A stretch of 64,000 nt of DNA from the human T2T-CHM13v2.0 reference genome, Homo sapiens. Where the stretch lies: NCBI RefSeq assembly GCF_009914755.1, contig NC_060932.1, one strand, 5' to 3'. The notes below the pieces were generated by a model. It did no database searches, had not been told where the DNA came from, and was given only the letters and a program-made list of their open reading frames with translations. The translations under genes and the position numbers were made by a program. Below, one piece after another: positions 29,036 to 44,724 of the stretch. Every line of letters starts with the position of its first letter. Positions within the stretch are counted from its first letter, which is position 1.

Positions 29036-31934
29036 ATAATTATTCTGTTCTTAGCTTTTCTCTCATCATCTAGATAATATCTCTGACTTCTTTTATGTAC
29101 TGTAAAATGTTTCCAATACCACTTGGTGATTCAAAAATCTCTATATTAAACATAGCCTTTGCCCTTGAAAATTCAGATGCATGTATTCAACTAGAAGTTA
29201 CTATTGTGGTAATAAAGAAATAAAAGAGTAGGATTCTGAAACAGAATAGAATTCAGTGTTTATCAGTCAAGTTAGCAGAAGAAAAAACATGACATAGGAA
29301 GTATAGCATATTTAACAGGAAGGATTTAAAAAGAGACTATTGCAAAGACAGGACACTTTACAAAGGGTGGGTTCCCATATAATCAGCAATGGCAGAATAC
29401 ACTTGGGCTAATAACAACAGAGTCCAAAGGTCCAAATGGACTAGGTGAAGGTACGGCTACTCTAAACAAGAAAGAAAGATAGAAGGTGTAATATTGAAAG
29501 GAGTATTGATTTTCAATTATAAGATACAGCCAGTCAGAAGTGACCCCACAAAAAGTTACCCTGGGAATCAATACTCTAAAATACCCTGACCCATTTTCCA
29601 AACTTCCTCACATAACCTAGGTGGGCTACTTGTTGAATGAACATAACCAGACATCAGATGGCAAAGGAGCTCAGAGCAAGTATCAGGATATAAAATCGAT
29701 CTGCAGGGGCAACCCAAAGTTATCTGGCACATAATGCCTAAATGAGTGGCTTCCAGTACATGTGGAATCACTACTTAAAGTTACTGCAAAAAATATCTGT
29801 TCGCTTCTCAATAAATTCTGATGCCTTTGTAGCAGAGGACAATTTCAGTTTCAAGAGGATCAAACTAAGAGTTAAAGTGAAGTCATCATTTACATCTAAT
29901 GTATCCTCACTGTATGTGCGTTTATGATCGGAGAGAGGGTACGTACAAAAGAAATCATTTTTAAATGTAAGACCAAGGTATGGGTACCATTTGCTCCCTC
30001 TTCTTGGCAATACTTAGCTCTGCCATCTCATGTTCTCATACCTTGTCAGTATTCTAATACTCTTTAGATATGACTGGGAAGATTATTTAAGTCCTCAGTA
30101 AATAACTCTTATATCTGCTTCTTATTTTAGTTCCTACGCAATATACTTTCAATTTAGTGTAAGGTAAGGACTTAAAATGAACACATTTTCTGAGCCAAAA
30201 AATTGTATATTCTTGTAATATTTCCCTTTATTGTTCTAACTTCTTATTGCCACTAATATTTGATAAGCCCTGAGGAAAAGGGAGTGATAACTGAACAATG
30301 GTTCAGATGAAATTCCTGATACCTAATCCTCATGGAAAATGGTGAGAATTTGATCACTTAGGCGTGAAGGATTTTGTGATGTTATTCAGCTCATTCCCTA
30401 TGCCTCCTAATACTGTCACATTTATTCATTCACCCAATATTAAGTACATAAACATGTAAACTTTCTCTTTACTAGGGTCTCGGTGCTAGGGATATAATGG
30501 ACAAGATAGACAAGGCCACCCATTCTACCACATATTGCATCTAGACAACCTGGTAGCTAATATAACGACTGATTATTAAATTCTCCCTTCAAATTCTTCA
30601 GGGGTTTTCTGAGAGCAATTTTCATGGTCTACTGAGGGCTTATTTTTGAACTCAGATGAATAGAGTTACGAGATAGTGAGCTTTCAGTTGACGCTAGTCA
30701 TGCTGTCATTTCTCCTATGCCCAGGTTAAGTCACAACCCTAAGGCACATCTCTAAGAGATCAAATAGCATTATTGTGCATTTAAAAAAAGACAGAGGACC
30801 AGATTGGCTTATTGCAGGGAGCTTAGGTTTTAACCAATGGAAATGTGCTGAATTGCTTTAAGAATAAATTACACTTCTCCTTTATAAGATTGTTGTTGAA
30901 AATAAATGTTCCTATAGCAAAGTTATTTGAACTTTACAGGACTCAAATTTATCATCTTAAAATGAGTAATTTTACCTATTCCTCTCAACGTTACGTAAAT
31001 TTTAATACTGGTACTTACCACTATTCTTTCTGCTTTGCTGTTTTCTATAATTGGAGGTACAAAATTCTGACTGACTTTTCACTTCACCTTGAGAGATGTT
31101 TATTCCTTATTCTCTATTGAGATACATTAGAAATATGAGATGAGGCTATTTATAATTTTTGTAAATTTGATAAAAGTTAAGGATGTTCGAATATAGTATT
31201 TCTGATGTAAAAACAAGCACGAAAATTAAATTTAGGCAATTTATAATTAGGTCTCCTTCCCAATTAAAATAAATATTAATGCTTCTTATAGGTATTCACC
31301 ATTTAATAATTATTAAAGTAATTGCTTTAATGGCATAATTTCTTTTTTTCTATTTTGTGCATTACCATAAAATAATTATAAATCAAGCTGTGATAGTGTC
31401 CAAGTTACATTTTATGTGAAAGACGGAAGTAACTCCCTGTTCCACTGTACACAAAAGCCAGCAATATTATTGCATATAATACATGGTAAAGCAGTATTTT
31501 TTATTCTCACAAATAAAGCATACCATTACTTTCTCCAAGTCAGGCAGCGATGAGCCTAATCTCATCTTTACAAAACACATTCACAGTTTCTCCTGATTCA
31601 ATATGAAGGGCAGGTGAATGTATCTGAGATCTGAGGAAATCTTCCCAGTATTGCAAAAGCATACTAGAGTTCCCCTTCATCATCTGTCACCAGCATCTTC
31701 ATCCCCTTTTAGGGTACATCGAAGGTCTTCCACAAGGTGCTTCGTCTAAGATTGTCAACCCTGAGCAGAGCCATGGACACTTAAGTTTCCTTCTTTCATC
31801 AAGACAACCTTGCCCTGCATTTCACTCCCCTGAGCCCTGCTCTCTGATTACAGGCAGCTAGACATTCTGATGAATTCCCTTGAACGATGGAATTTTCTTC
31901 CTCTCAGAATGCTATTTAAGTTAATGGTTCAGAC

Positions 31935-32016
31935 CATCAACTCAAAGGACCCTTTTTGTGACCCTCAATTGACATCAACTCAAGGGACCCTTTTTGTGAC
32001 CCTCAATTGACATCAA
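31935..32016 (+). repeat. 38-bp tandem duplication (1 mismatch)
   Basis: catcaactcaa(a/g)ggaccctttttgtgaccctcaattga x2 + catcaa. Confidence 0.97.
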
Positions 32017-32407
32017 GTAGTCTAGATTTTCCGTGTCTGGAAAAACAAAAGAGTGGAAGGGAAGGACAGGAGCACTGTGTGCCTGATAGACCTGAATTCA
32101 GCTAATGACACCGCTGTTTCTCTTAGCTTTTGGAAGGTGGGAGAGTTATTCGAGCATTCTAAACTTAGTTTTCTCAGCTTTGAAATGAGAACAGTGTGAC
32201 CTATTCCTTAGCAACATTGCTTGAGTTACATAAAGCTATACACCTTGAAGGTGTCCTGATTACTGATAGTTCTCACTGTTCAAGCATCCTTTCCTCCTAG
32301 ATGTGAACTCCGTAAGGTTCTTTTCACTTTTGTCACTAAAGGCCTATCTTATAACCATTTATTCATAACGTGGCCAGCCTTTGGCCAACAATTATAGAAC
32401 TTTATTT

Positions 32408-32874
32408 TGTTGAATAAAGAAGCTGAGGCAAAATTAATATAGAGTGTTTATTTGGGCTAAGGTTGAGGACAGCTGTCCTGGACACACTTCCAAGTTGCCT
32501 TGGGGAGTGCTCTGGGAGAACAAAGAAAAGGCTCAAGATTTTTATTTTTTTTAAAAACTGAGGAATCAGAAAAGGAAGTAATTACAAAGGGTGCTTGTCA
32601 GAAATTCTTCCTGATTTACAGAAATAACATTATTTATTGGATATGCATTGTTAAACTACAGAGTCTGAGTTATAATGTCCAGCATTGATGTTTTATGGCT
32701 ACCTGGTGTTGGTTAGACTAGAGCTCACATAGCAGGTGGCTTTGAGGTGATTATTTAGCTCAAGGTGGGAGTGAGACATGGCTGCTGTTTCATTCCAGTG
32801 TTTCTTTGGGCCTGATAATTTAAAGGGGCTTGCATTCTTCCGTTACAATTTTCTTTTCTTTTTAAATTTCAACA
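32408..32874 (-). mobile_element. MER4-group ERV1 solo LTR (MER67/MER31-like)
   Basis: gtttatttgggctaaggttgaggac...cacacttccaagttgccttggggagtgctc...gggcctgataatttaaagggg. Confidence 0.7.
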
Positions 32875-33744
32875 AGTGTAAATGTTCCTTGAAATAACCT
32901 TACTTGAAATTATTAACAATTTTTCCTAAAGGGAACATTTCTTTTTCCAAGCTACAGATCTCTCAGGCCTGTTAAGTTCAGAAACCAAACGTGATCATTA
33001 TTATTTTGAGAGCTGAAAAGAAAGTGGCACTCCCATTGTTTTTGCTGAGCAGAAAGGCATTTCAGAATTTAAAATATTGTTGTGTATCTTTCATCAGATT
33101 ATTTTCCTGTTAAGTGTCAGGGTTCCTTGGAGTCCTTTTTATTGAGATTCTTGTATAATACTTATTGTTTGTCACAAAATAATCTGTGACCATAATTGCT
33201 TAGATGACTAGTAAATCCAATTTCACTTCTTACCAGTTTTCATCTTACCAGTAGAATCTGAAAGGCCTGGGCATCCACTTGCTCTTCAATAGTGCCTGCC
33301 ATGGATTTATTCAGTGATGCTCAATCACACTTGACAGGCTGGACTTCAGTTTTTTAAAATGTCTTTCTCGTGGTTTGATTTATTTATGCCTGGATATATA
33401 GGTTCTTTCTCGCTTCACAGATGATTTGTTAAAGAAAAAAAAGTCCCAGTCTTTCTTCCTGGAAATTAGAATCATTTTCCTTTAGACAGACATTCTGCAG
33501 TATGTTTTTTTCAGTATTTTGCAAATGCAAAATTGTGTGCCCTTTATTCAACTGTATAATGAATATTTGAAAAGAAGATAATATTTTATTCATTGCTTTA
33601 AACTTCTTCAGAACATATTATGCTTTGAGCCTAATCAATATTTTTCAATAACTGTTGATGTATTTTACATTTTCTAAAATAAGCCTTTTCAAAGGACTAA
33701 CAAATAGCTGATAATATTAATCTACAATTTGATTTTTAACATCC

Positions 33745-34440
33745 TTATTGAGCTACACTTTATATGCTATAAAGTTTACTTCTTTAAAGTGTAATTTAAT
33801 GTTTAGTATACTTCCAAAATTGGGCAATTATCAACATCTAATTTTAGAAACTCCAACCTGGTTACTACTCACAGAAAGCCTGTGCTCATTAGCTATCAGT
33901 TCCCATTTTCCTCCCCCGTTAAGCCCCTGTTCCCTTCCCCCAATAAGCCCTAGGCAATTGCTAATCTACTTTATGTCTCTATATATTTGCTTATTCTGAA
34001 CATTTTGCATAAATAGTATCAAACAACAGGTGATCTTTTGTGAGTAGCTTCTTTCACTTGGCTATTGTTTCCAGTGTTCATCCATCTAATAGCGTGTATT
34101 GATACTTCATTTATTTTTACTATAAAATAATATTTCATTATTTATATAGCAGATTTTATTTATCCATTCATCAGTTGACATTTTAGTTGTTACCACTTTC
34201 TGGCTATTAAGAATAATACACATACAAGCATGCATGAACAAGATTTTGTGTGGATATATGTTTGCATTTCTCTTTGGTAGATAGAACATTTACCACTTTG
34301 TAGCTATTCACAAAGTTGCTACCACTTTTGACTATAAAGAATAATACATATATAAGCATGTATGTATAATTTTTTGTGTGGATAGATGTTTGCATTTCTC
34401 TTTGGTATATGCCTAAGGGTCAAATTGTTGGGTCCCACTG
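33745..34440 (-). mobile_element. L1MB-like 3' end with an internal ~94-bp duplication
   Basis: cctaggcaattgctaatctactttatgtctctata...tttatccattcatcagttga; repeat at 34186-34279 and 34314-34407. Confidence 0.8.
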
Positions 34441-35179
34441 GGCATTCTATTCCAAGCAAGATTATCTATAATGAGATAGAAACATCTTTTAAATTATCAG
34501 GTCACTTTGCTTTATAAAAATATATTATGTGACCAGACCACATACTGAATACATGAACTTTGCATGTCTTAAATATTTTATGATCGTACTATCTTGTGCA
34601 ATTTTTCTAAGGGCCTATTCTTGAGTCTGTGTTTTTAAAAGTGCAAAGCTAAGACTTTGTAATCAATAGTATTTTTTTTTTACAGAAAAGTAAAATATAT
34701 GCACACATATAAAAAAGAATTGAATCCATAGAGTACTCAACAATTAATTAGCATGGCAGCACAAGTTAATTTGCTTGTGGATCTCCAAAGAGTTTAAATT
34801 AATTTATGTAACTGAATAAGTGTTGTGGTTGTGTTTCTGTTTTGTTTTGTTAAATATGTTTCAAACAATGAAAATCAAACCATAATATGTGAAGTCCTAA
34901 CAATCAGTGGAACATGGTTTGGAAACCAACAATTCACTATAAGCAGGCCAGTTTCACCCTGTACGCTGACCTCCCTGTGTAATTAATGGAAGGAAAGCAG
35001 TTCGCACTGTGCAAGATACAGCTCCATTTACACTTGTAACAGGCAACTTTCCTAGATTAATCTTGTCCAAACTAATGCAACAGCATGTACAATTTCTTAC
35101 CTTTCTTTGCATTATGCATATCAATAAAACACATAGGTCATAATCAATACTTAACTCAAATATACATACATATATATAG

Positions 35180-37538
<2,359 letters not shown>

Positions 37539-38631
37539 TCACAATTTATTTATTTTAGTGTTCATCAAAAAACTTATTTTCATAAGTCAGTATTTCTCAC
37601 AGTATTATACTTCTGGGGGTTCAAAAGAACAATTTCTGTCTTTTTTCTTCCATAGGTCTGTGCCTTACTGAAGTTTAAGAAAAAATATACATGCAATATT
37701 TATATAAACTGTATGTTTAAATGCTGTGGTAACTGGAGATAAAACTCTGTTAAGGCTGTTAACTATATATTTTTTATTTCTCAGAGCTTTAAAATAATCA
37801 GTCATAGACAAGAAAGTCTAGGTTTCAACTGGGAGAAATATTTTTATGGTAATTTGAAGGAAGAGAAATGAGTATTTCAGCTCCTAAATAGAAACCATGT
37901 ATAAAGCCCAGAGAAACAAGGAAAGAGAGAAGATGGAGGAGGGGGGCCAACAAATCATGTATCTTACCTGAGTATCACGAAAAGAGAGAATAGACAATAT
38001 GAGATTAGAGAAGGAGGGTGCCAGAGGTGGAGATGCATTATCTTCAGCTCCATTTTAAATTTTACTCTCATAACAATCACATACTTAGACTAAGCTGTAA
38101 TTGTATCTATATACATTTGTCAAGTGCAATTTGTTTTTTTAATCACATAAAACTTTGCCAGTGTTCATTTTAAAACTGTGCTAGAAAATCTTTAAGGATT
38201 ATATTATGCCAAATAAATTACTTAATAAATGCCATGAATGTCCATTTTTATGAAACACAATTCTTAGTGTAAATGCAACATGTCCTCTTTAAAGGAGACT
38301 GTATTCAGAGTGTTTGGGAATTTTTGAGCATTCAAAGAGGCAGGGGAGAAAGTAAGAGAATTCAGATAATCTTTTCACACTTTGAAATAATACTAAATGA
38401 TTAAAATGACATTTAGAATTTTAAATTAGGTGAGGAAATTCAGACTTCAGGTTGTCATTTCAAATTAGATGTTGCGTTATTTTTCTTTAACAATCAGAAA
38501 GAATCTACCTGATTGGGTGACACTGGGAATTCATAAGGGCATTTGACTTTAATTATAAAAGGAAGTCAAGATTCTTAGACCAGTTCTTTCTCCAAAGCTG
38601 CAGTTATGTCTCTGTAACTGACATACAGGCC

Positions 38632-39160
38632 TGTCATGTTCCTGTTTGCTCTCAGATCTGTGTCTGGTTTTTGCTCTGCTCTTATCTCAAGGTGCTGAAA
38701 CCTGCAAATTACATCGTCTAGGCTTCAAAGCCCACGCGTTTCCAGTTAGTTCTGGCCAATAGGAGGCACTCAAGTGAGACTGGGAGCAAGAGGAGTGGGA
38801 GAGTCGATCTATTTGCTGTCTCTTCTTTCGTTCCCTGTGGCTATTGCCGGCAGTGGCTTTAAATCCTCCGGGTTGCAGATCTGGCCAGGTGGCCTGTCCT
38901 TCGTGATTGCACATCCAGCCTGGTGAGGCAGCTGCCAAACCCTCAGCTGTCGTCTTCCTCCATGTGGCCCTTGCTCCTGAACTGTGACCCTGCTAACTCC
39001 TTTCCTTCTCCCCAGACTCAAATTTGGTAAGGGCTGACTGTGAGTGTTCACTTTGAATTGCCTTATCACCTTCTAACATTACTCCTCTGTAATGAGTTCC
39101 CCGTGTTAAATCACCTCCGTTGAAATATATGACATAGATTCATTTTTATGACTGGAAGGC
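38632..39160 (+). mobile_element. LTR33-like ERVL LTR
   Basis: ttccagttagttctggccaataggaggcact...gagactggga...ttccccgtgttaaatcacctccgttgaaata. Confidence 0.7.
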
Positions 39161-40039
39161 AACAAATAAAATGTAGTTTAATGGGATAGTTAAGCTTTAC
39201 ATGTTATTTTGCTATTTAAAGCTATGATGGTAACAATGATTACTTTATGTATCTTCCCCACTATTATTTTTTCTCACACATTCCATTAAGATTTAAACTA
39301 AAATGCACTCAGAAAATATAATGACATCAGATTATTTTTTTACTTCTGAACTGTTTTTATTATACCTCAATGTGCACATCATCGGTTATTTAAATAATAT
39401 ACTCTCTTTCACAGGATATCAAATATGGTAGGCAGACCAATTTGCATTTAATATAGCCTTATGCCAAGAATTATGCTTGCCTATGTTGTGGCTGATTTTT
39501 GCATTTCAAAAACAGATGAAGTACAGAATTAAATGTGATGGAAATGTTGAAATAATTCTGCTTTGAGATTCTGTGTTTTGTGACCATATCAAAGCCTTAA
39601 AATTACTAATTTTCAAGCCTGTGATTTCAAATTATATTGTACTACACAGCTGTAATGTATGTCATATAATTTTTCACTTAAAATGGTTAAGTATTAAAGT
39701 TGGCAAATTAGTTGTTTATAAATACATTAGAACATTTCGGCATTATCATTAGAATAATATCTTAGTCATTTGTGTTTCAAAAAGGTTTTTCTCTTTAGTG
39801 GGAGCTGAGCAGGTATTTTTAAATGGAGGTGCAAGCAAATATGCAATGAGCACCCTAGTTAGTTTACCTTTGTCATATTTATTTACATTCATGTAAATAC
39901 AAGTAGCCAAATACATTCAGCTATTCATGAACAGCTGTTGTTAAATCACAGCAAATAACCCATCAAATATATGCATGATCTCATCTCCTACAACCCTACT
40001 GCTTGCTTAAGTAAACTACAGTTTCCCATCTTCTGTGCT

Positions 40040-40440
40040 TTTTGAACATATCAAGCTTATGCTTTCTGCAGAGAAGGCTTTGCCTTAATTTCTGCACTTC
40101 CCTCCACCTGTATGTCTTTGCAAGACTGGTTCCATCTTCCGATGTCGGGCTCAGTTCTCATCTCACAGAGGCTCCCTTAGTCAGTCAATCTGAATTGAAT
40201 CCCCATCATGCCCCACTCTATTCACTTTCTTATCAAATTTTCTTGTTCATTTTCTCTCCATCTCACAGATGGCTGAAATTTTTTATCAGAAATTTTTATG
40301 TTTTAAATTATTTTCTGCTTCTAGGATGTAAATTTCGTGAGAAGGGGAATATCATTTCTCTTGTTCATTGCTGGGGAGCCAGATGCTTAAATCGTAGCTG
40401 GAATATAGTGGGCACTGAAAACAAACATTGTTGAATGAAT
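40040..40440 (+). mobile_element. L2 3' end
   Basis: ctaggatgtaaatttcgtgagaagggg...tcttgttcattgct...gggcactgaaaacaaacattgttgaatgaat. Confidence 0.75.
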
Positions 40441-40464
40441 GTAACCTGTGATTTGGCATCACAT

Positions 40465-40931
40465 TGAGCTAAGAGGTGGAACTCTACTGCCCAGGTGGGG
40501 CTCGGGCACTAGATCAAATTGAGGACTAGCAAAAACAAGTACAGGGCAGAAGCGCCTCCCCATTAGACACATGCCATGTCAGTTTACCATTGCCAGGGCA
40601 ATCCCTGAAAATTACTGCCCCTTTCTACGCCAACAACATGACAAACAGGAAGTTACCACTCTCATTCCAGAAATTTTTGCATACGCCACCCTTTAATTTG
40701 AAAATAATTAAAAGTGGGTATAAATATGAGTGCAGCACTGATTCTGAGATGCAGTTCTGTGAAAACTGCGTATAGGGTAGCCTCCTTTCGCAAGGAGCTG
40801 CTGCTGTATACTGCTACTTCAATACAATTTGCTATTTAACATCACTGGCTCGCTTTAGAATTCTTTCACGGGTGAAGCCAAGAACCCTCTAGGACTAAGC
40901 CTTGATTTTGGAGCCTACCTGTCCTGCATCA
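40465..40931 (+). mobile_element. MER41-family (C/D-like) ERV1 solo LTR
   Basis: gccatgtcagtttaccattgcc, aaaagtgggtataaatat, gaagccaagaaccctc...ctgtcctgcatca; TSD acat/atat. Confidence 0.85.
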
Positions 40932-40961
40932 ATATGAATATAAATAAGACAAATTCTATAA

Positions 40962-41222
<261 letters not shown>

Positions 41223-41279
41223 AGGTTTCTTAACTGTATGCCACAGCTAAAAACTACACTTTTAAAATATTGTGTATCA

Positions 41280-41420
41280 TATTATACAGATAAGAACACT
41301 GAGTTTCAGAAAATTTTAAGGTGGTTGCTAAACATCATCCACCTATGTGTTGGGTGGTGGATTCAGGATCAGGACAAAGGTCTCCCTATAAGTAGTTTCA
41401 TAATCCTACCTATTATATGA
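41280..41420 (-). mobile_element. MIR fragment
   Basis: acagataagaacactgagtttcagaaaattttaaggtggttgc. Confidence 0.6.
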
Positions 41421-42239
41421 CATCTGTTTTAATTGTAAAAAAATTAAATAACATTAGATGATAAATATAAATCAAAGAGGCATTCCACCACTATATTACA
41501 ATATAGGTATATGATATAAAAATATAATTCATAACTGTTGTATGCTAATCCTGCTAAATAGGTTGATAAAATATTGTTTTCTTGTTAAGAACTGAGAAAG
41601 GCTGTCAATATGAATGAGAAGATTCCCATTTGTTGTGAAAAGATCATTTCAAAAAGTTTCAGCTGGTGCATTTTTTCCTATGCATGTATTTCCCTAGGTC
41701 AAGCAGAGACTTTCAAATGATGACCTTATTCATTCTTTCCAAAGTAGCTCCTAAACCTCCTAAATACACTTGAAAGAAGTGATTGAATGCTGGCTGTCAG
41801 GAGAAAAGGAACCTCTTGAGTCTCACGTTTTTGCTTTTCACTTATTTTTGTCTCAGATGAATGTGTCAAAGTATATATCATACGGAGAGATAGTTATTTA
41901 ATGATAGACTAATGATATGTATAAATAAGGGGGAAGGAAATAGATATTTCATTTTAGGGATTGATTTTAATTAATGGGAATTCACTTCCTTTTCACATTC
42001 TCTAACTACCTCTTTTACTTCAATAGCATGTGTAGGGCAGAGTAGTAGAAATTAAAAGAAAAATTATGATGTTTTTAGACATTATGGAAAGAAGGAAACT
42101 GTTAAAAGGAAATCATCACGATATAGGGCACCAAAGGGAACTGCTGTATTTGCAGTTTTGGTCTTTGCAGAATCACCTGTCCAGACTGTTTGTTTAATCC
42201 ATTTTATGACCACAGAATCTACTCAAACAAAAACAGCCA

Positions 42240-42780
42240 TCTCCAGATATGTCCCAACGTCCTAGAAAGCACCATCTGGACCCCTGGGAGTTTTCTACAC
42301 TTATTTCCTCCTCTCGTCCCACCCCTAATATCCAATAAATCATGAAATAGATCATCAGTCCTAATACGCTCCATTCCCCTGCCCTCCATTTACCCAGGTG
42401 GCCACCGTCTCTCCCCTGAACTGCACACATCTTCTGGTTCCCACACTTCCAAATTTAGGTCGCAATTCTTTTCCACAGTGGCTAGATGACTGTTTCTATA
42501 TAAATCAGTTTATATCACACCCCTGTATAATATTCTGCAGCAACATTTCATTGCATTTGGATGGTCCCAGGCTGTGAGTTATCTCACCTGCCACTTTCCC
42601 CTCATCTAGTCCTGCATGGCATCTTATTTATCAGGCTTCTGTACTCTTTTATTATCCTGAATTTTCTAAATCCCTACATAGAATTTAGGGTATTCATAAT
42701 TTTTGTTTGTATTCAGTTGGCTAATACTTTCCTGGTTTCAGGTTAAATGTTAGCTCATGATTGAGACCTTCTCTGAATTT
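42240..42780 (+). mobile_element. L2 fragment
   Basis: tccaataaatcatgaaat...atcagtttatatcacacccctg...cattgcattt; pyrimidine-rich L2 sense. Confidence 0.55.
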
Positions 42781-42861
42781 TACTTCAAATTCTTTTTATT
42801 CTCTTTTATGAATATATATTTTTATTACTTCATAAAAGCTAACACATTTTTAAATTAAGAG

Positions 42862-42920
42862 TGTGTGTGTGTGTGTGTGTGTGTGCGTGTGCGTGTGCAT
42901 GTGTGCGTGTGTGTGTGTGT
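42862..42920 (+). repeat. Interrupted (TG)n
   Basis: Direct reading. Confidence 0.95.
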
Positions 42921-43881
42921 ATTTTGTTTTTGGCCTCATTAACTAGGTTTTCACTTCCAGGATCATTTCAGTTTTGATACACGACACAGATCCCAGTGTT
43001 AGCAAATGCTAAGTTCTCAGTAAGTGTAGGATTATTTAAGTTGTTGAACTGATTATTACAGAGATATGGTGGCAAAAATCAATTAGTCACTCATTTATAT
43101 AACCAACACGTTATTTATTAAGCATTTACTTATACTAGAAAATTAATATGAGCATGTATATTACAAGGCCTTTAGACAGTGACTCTCAAATTATACTTTC
43201 TCCTGAAGATTTTCACATGTATGTATAGGAGGGGGACTCTTATTCTCCCTCAACCTGAGGATCCAAAAATGAGATTTAAAAAACTTAAAAAATGTAGTTT
43301 GGAGGTAAATATTGATCGTATCATTAAGTAAATATTTCAATATCCTCTATTTTGGTCAGCTTAGACACTCAGCATTTGGTAATGCTGGCTCAGAATTTGA
43401 AAAAAAATCAGAATATTCACTTTTAAAATATGTTTTACATGGCTGCCTCATAAGAACTTATGGGAATTAAAGACAGGGAGAGTTGTCTTTTACTCTGTAC
43501 AAAGATGCAAGATCCAAAATTTGCATTAATTATATTAATAAAATGATTATTTGAGACACTCCTGCTATTACATGTCAGCAAAAATAGCTAACGCTAACCA
43601 CCATATTTGTGAAATAACGTTTACTTGTTGAGAACATTCATTCAATCCCTCTTGTAGTCTTAAATAAATAAAATCTACTGATATACATATATAGCAACAC
43701 ATACTTGGAAAGTAGATTACCAGTTTGAAAATATTGCTTTCCTAATATAAACAATTTGGAAACAATTTCATTTACAAATATGAACAGTTATTTATACACA
43801 TAATAAATATGACACAATATATGGGAGGTAAAAATGTCTTTGAAAATTAGCTTTCCCTTAAAATCAATGAGTTTATTAGAA

Positions 43882-44219
43882 CAGGGGTCCCCAACTCCCA
43901 GGCCACGGACCAGTAACCCTCCATGGCCTGTTAGGAACCTAGCCACATAGCAGGAAGTAACCAGCCAGCATTACCGTCTGAGCTCCGCCTCCAGTAAGAC
44001 CAGTGGTGGCATTAGATTCTTAAAGGAATGCAAAACTCATTGTGAACTGCGCATGCTAGGGATCTAGATTGTGTGCTCCTTATGATAATCTAACAAATTC
44101 CTGATGATCTGAGGTGGAACATTTATCCCGAAACCATTTCCCTCCTCCCTTTCCTTCTGCCTGTGGAAAACTGTCTTCCACAAAACCCATCCCTGATGCC
44201 AAAAAGTTGGGGACTGCTG
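43882..44219 (+). mobile_element. MER1B (hAT-Charlie MITE)
   Basis: TIRs caggggtccccaac / gttggggactgctg; ggcattagattct, gatgatctgaggtggaaca; 8-bp TSD-like tattagaa/aattataa. Confidence 0.92.
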
Positions 44220-44487
44220 AATTATAAGACACTGGTCTTAATATCCACATTCTGAGCATTCTGAGTATGTAAGTTTGAAAACTCCAAAAGGTAAAAGTAA
44301 CTTACTTTGTTCAATAATTTAAGAAAAAAAAAAAAACAGAACAGGCTGATTTTCAATGACCCAAATGGATCTCCAAGTAGAAGTGTTCTATTTCAAAATT
44401 CACAGAAGGATGGAATTCTATTTTTGGACTGTAATGTGAAATGCTGTGTAATTCTAAGTTAATATAAAAAAAAAAACAGAAGTTCTA

Positions 44488-44724
44488 CACATGGACACAG
44501 GGAGGGGAACATCACATACTGGGGCCTGTCGTGGGGTGGTGGACAAGGGGAGGGAGAGCATTAGTACAAATACCTAAGGCATGCAGGCCTTGAAACCTAG
44601 ATGATGGGTTGATAGGTGCAGCAAACCCCCATGGCACATGTATGCCTGTGTAATAAACCTGCACGTTTTGCACATGTATCCTAGAACTTAAAGTAAAATA
44701 TACAAAAACCAATGAAACGAACAA
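44488..44724 (+). mobile_element. L1PA8-10-like 3' end
   Basis: acatggacacagggaggggaacatcaca...aaacctagatgatgggttgataggtgcagc; TSD aaaaacagaagttcta / aaaaataggagttcta. Confidence 0.9.

Noticed and set aside
29742-30010. Overlapping ORFs and a possible ag...gtatgt exon (29833-29911)
   Set aside because: No recognisable protein similarity, a weak donor and no partner exons.
35092-35160. Strong minus-strand donor AAG|gtaaga at 35101
   Set aside because: No credible acceptor or promoter upstream; it abuts the L1 tail.
40590-40680. STAT1/GAS interferon-inducible enhancer in the MER41 LTR
   Set aside because: No intact TTCNNNGAA seen (closest is ttccagaaa), and the copy looks C/D-like rather than MER41B.
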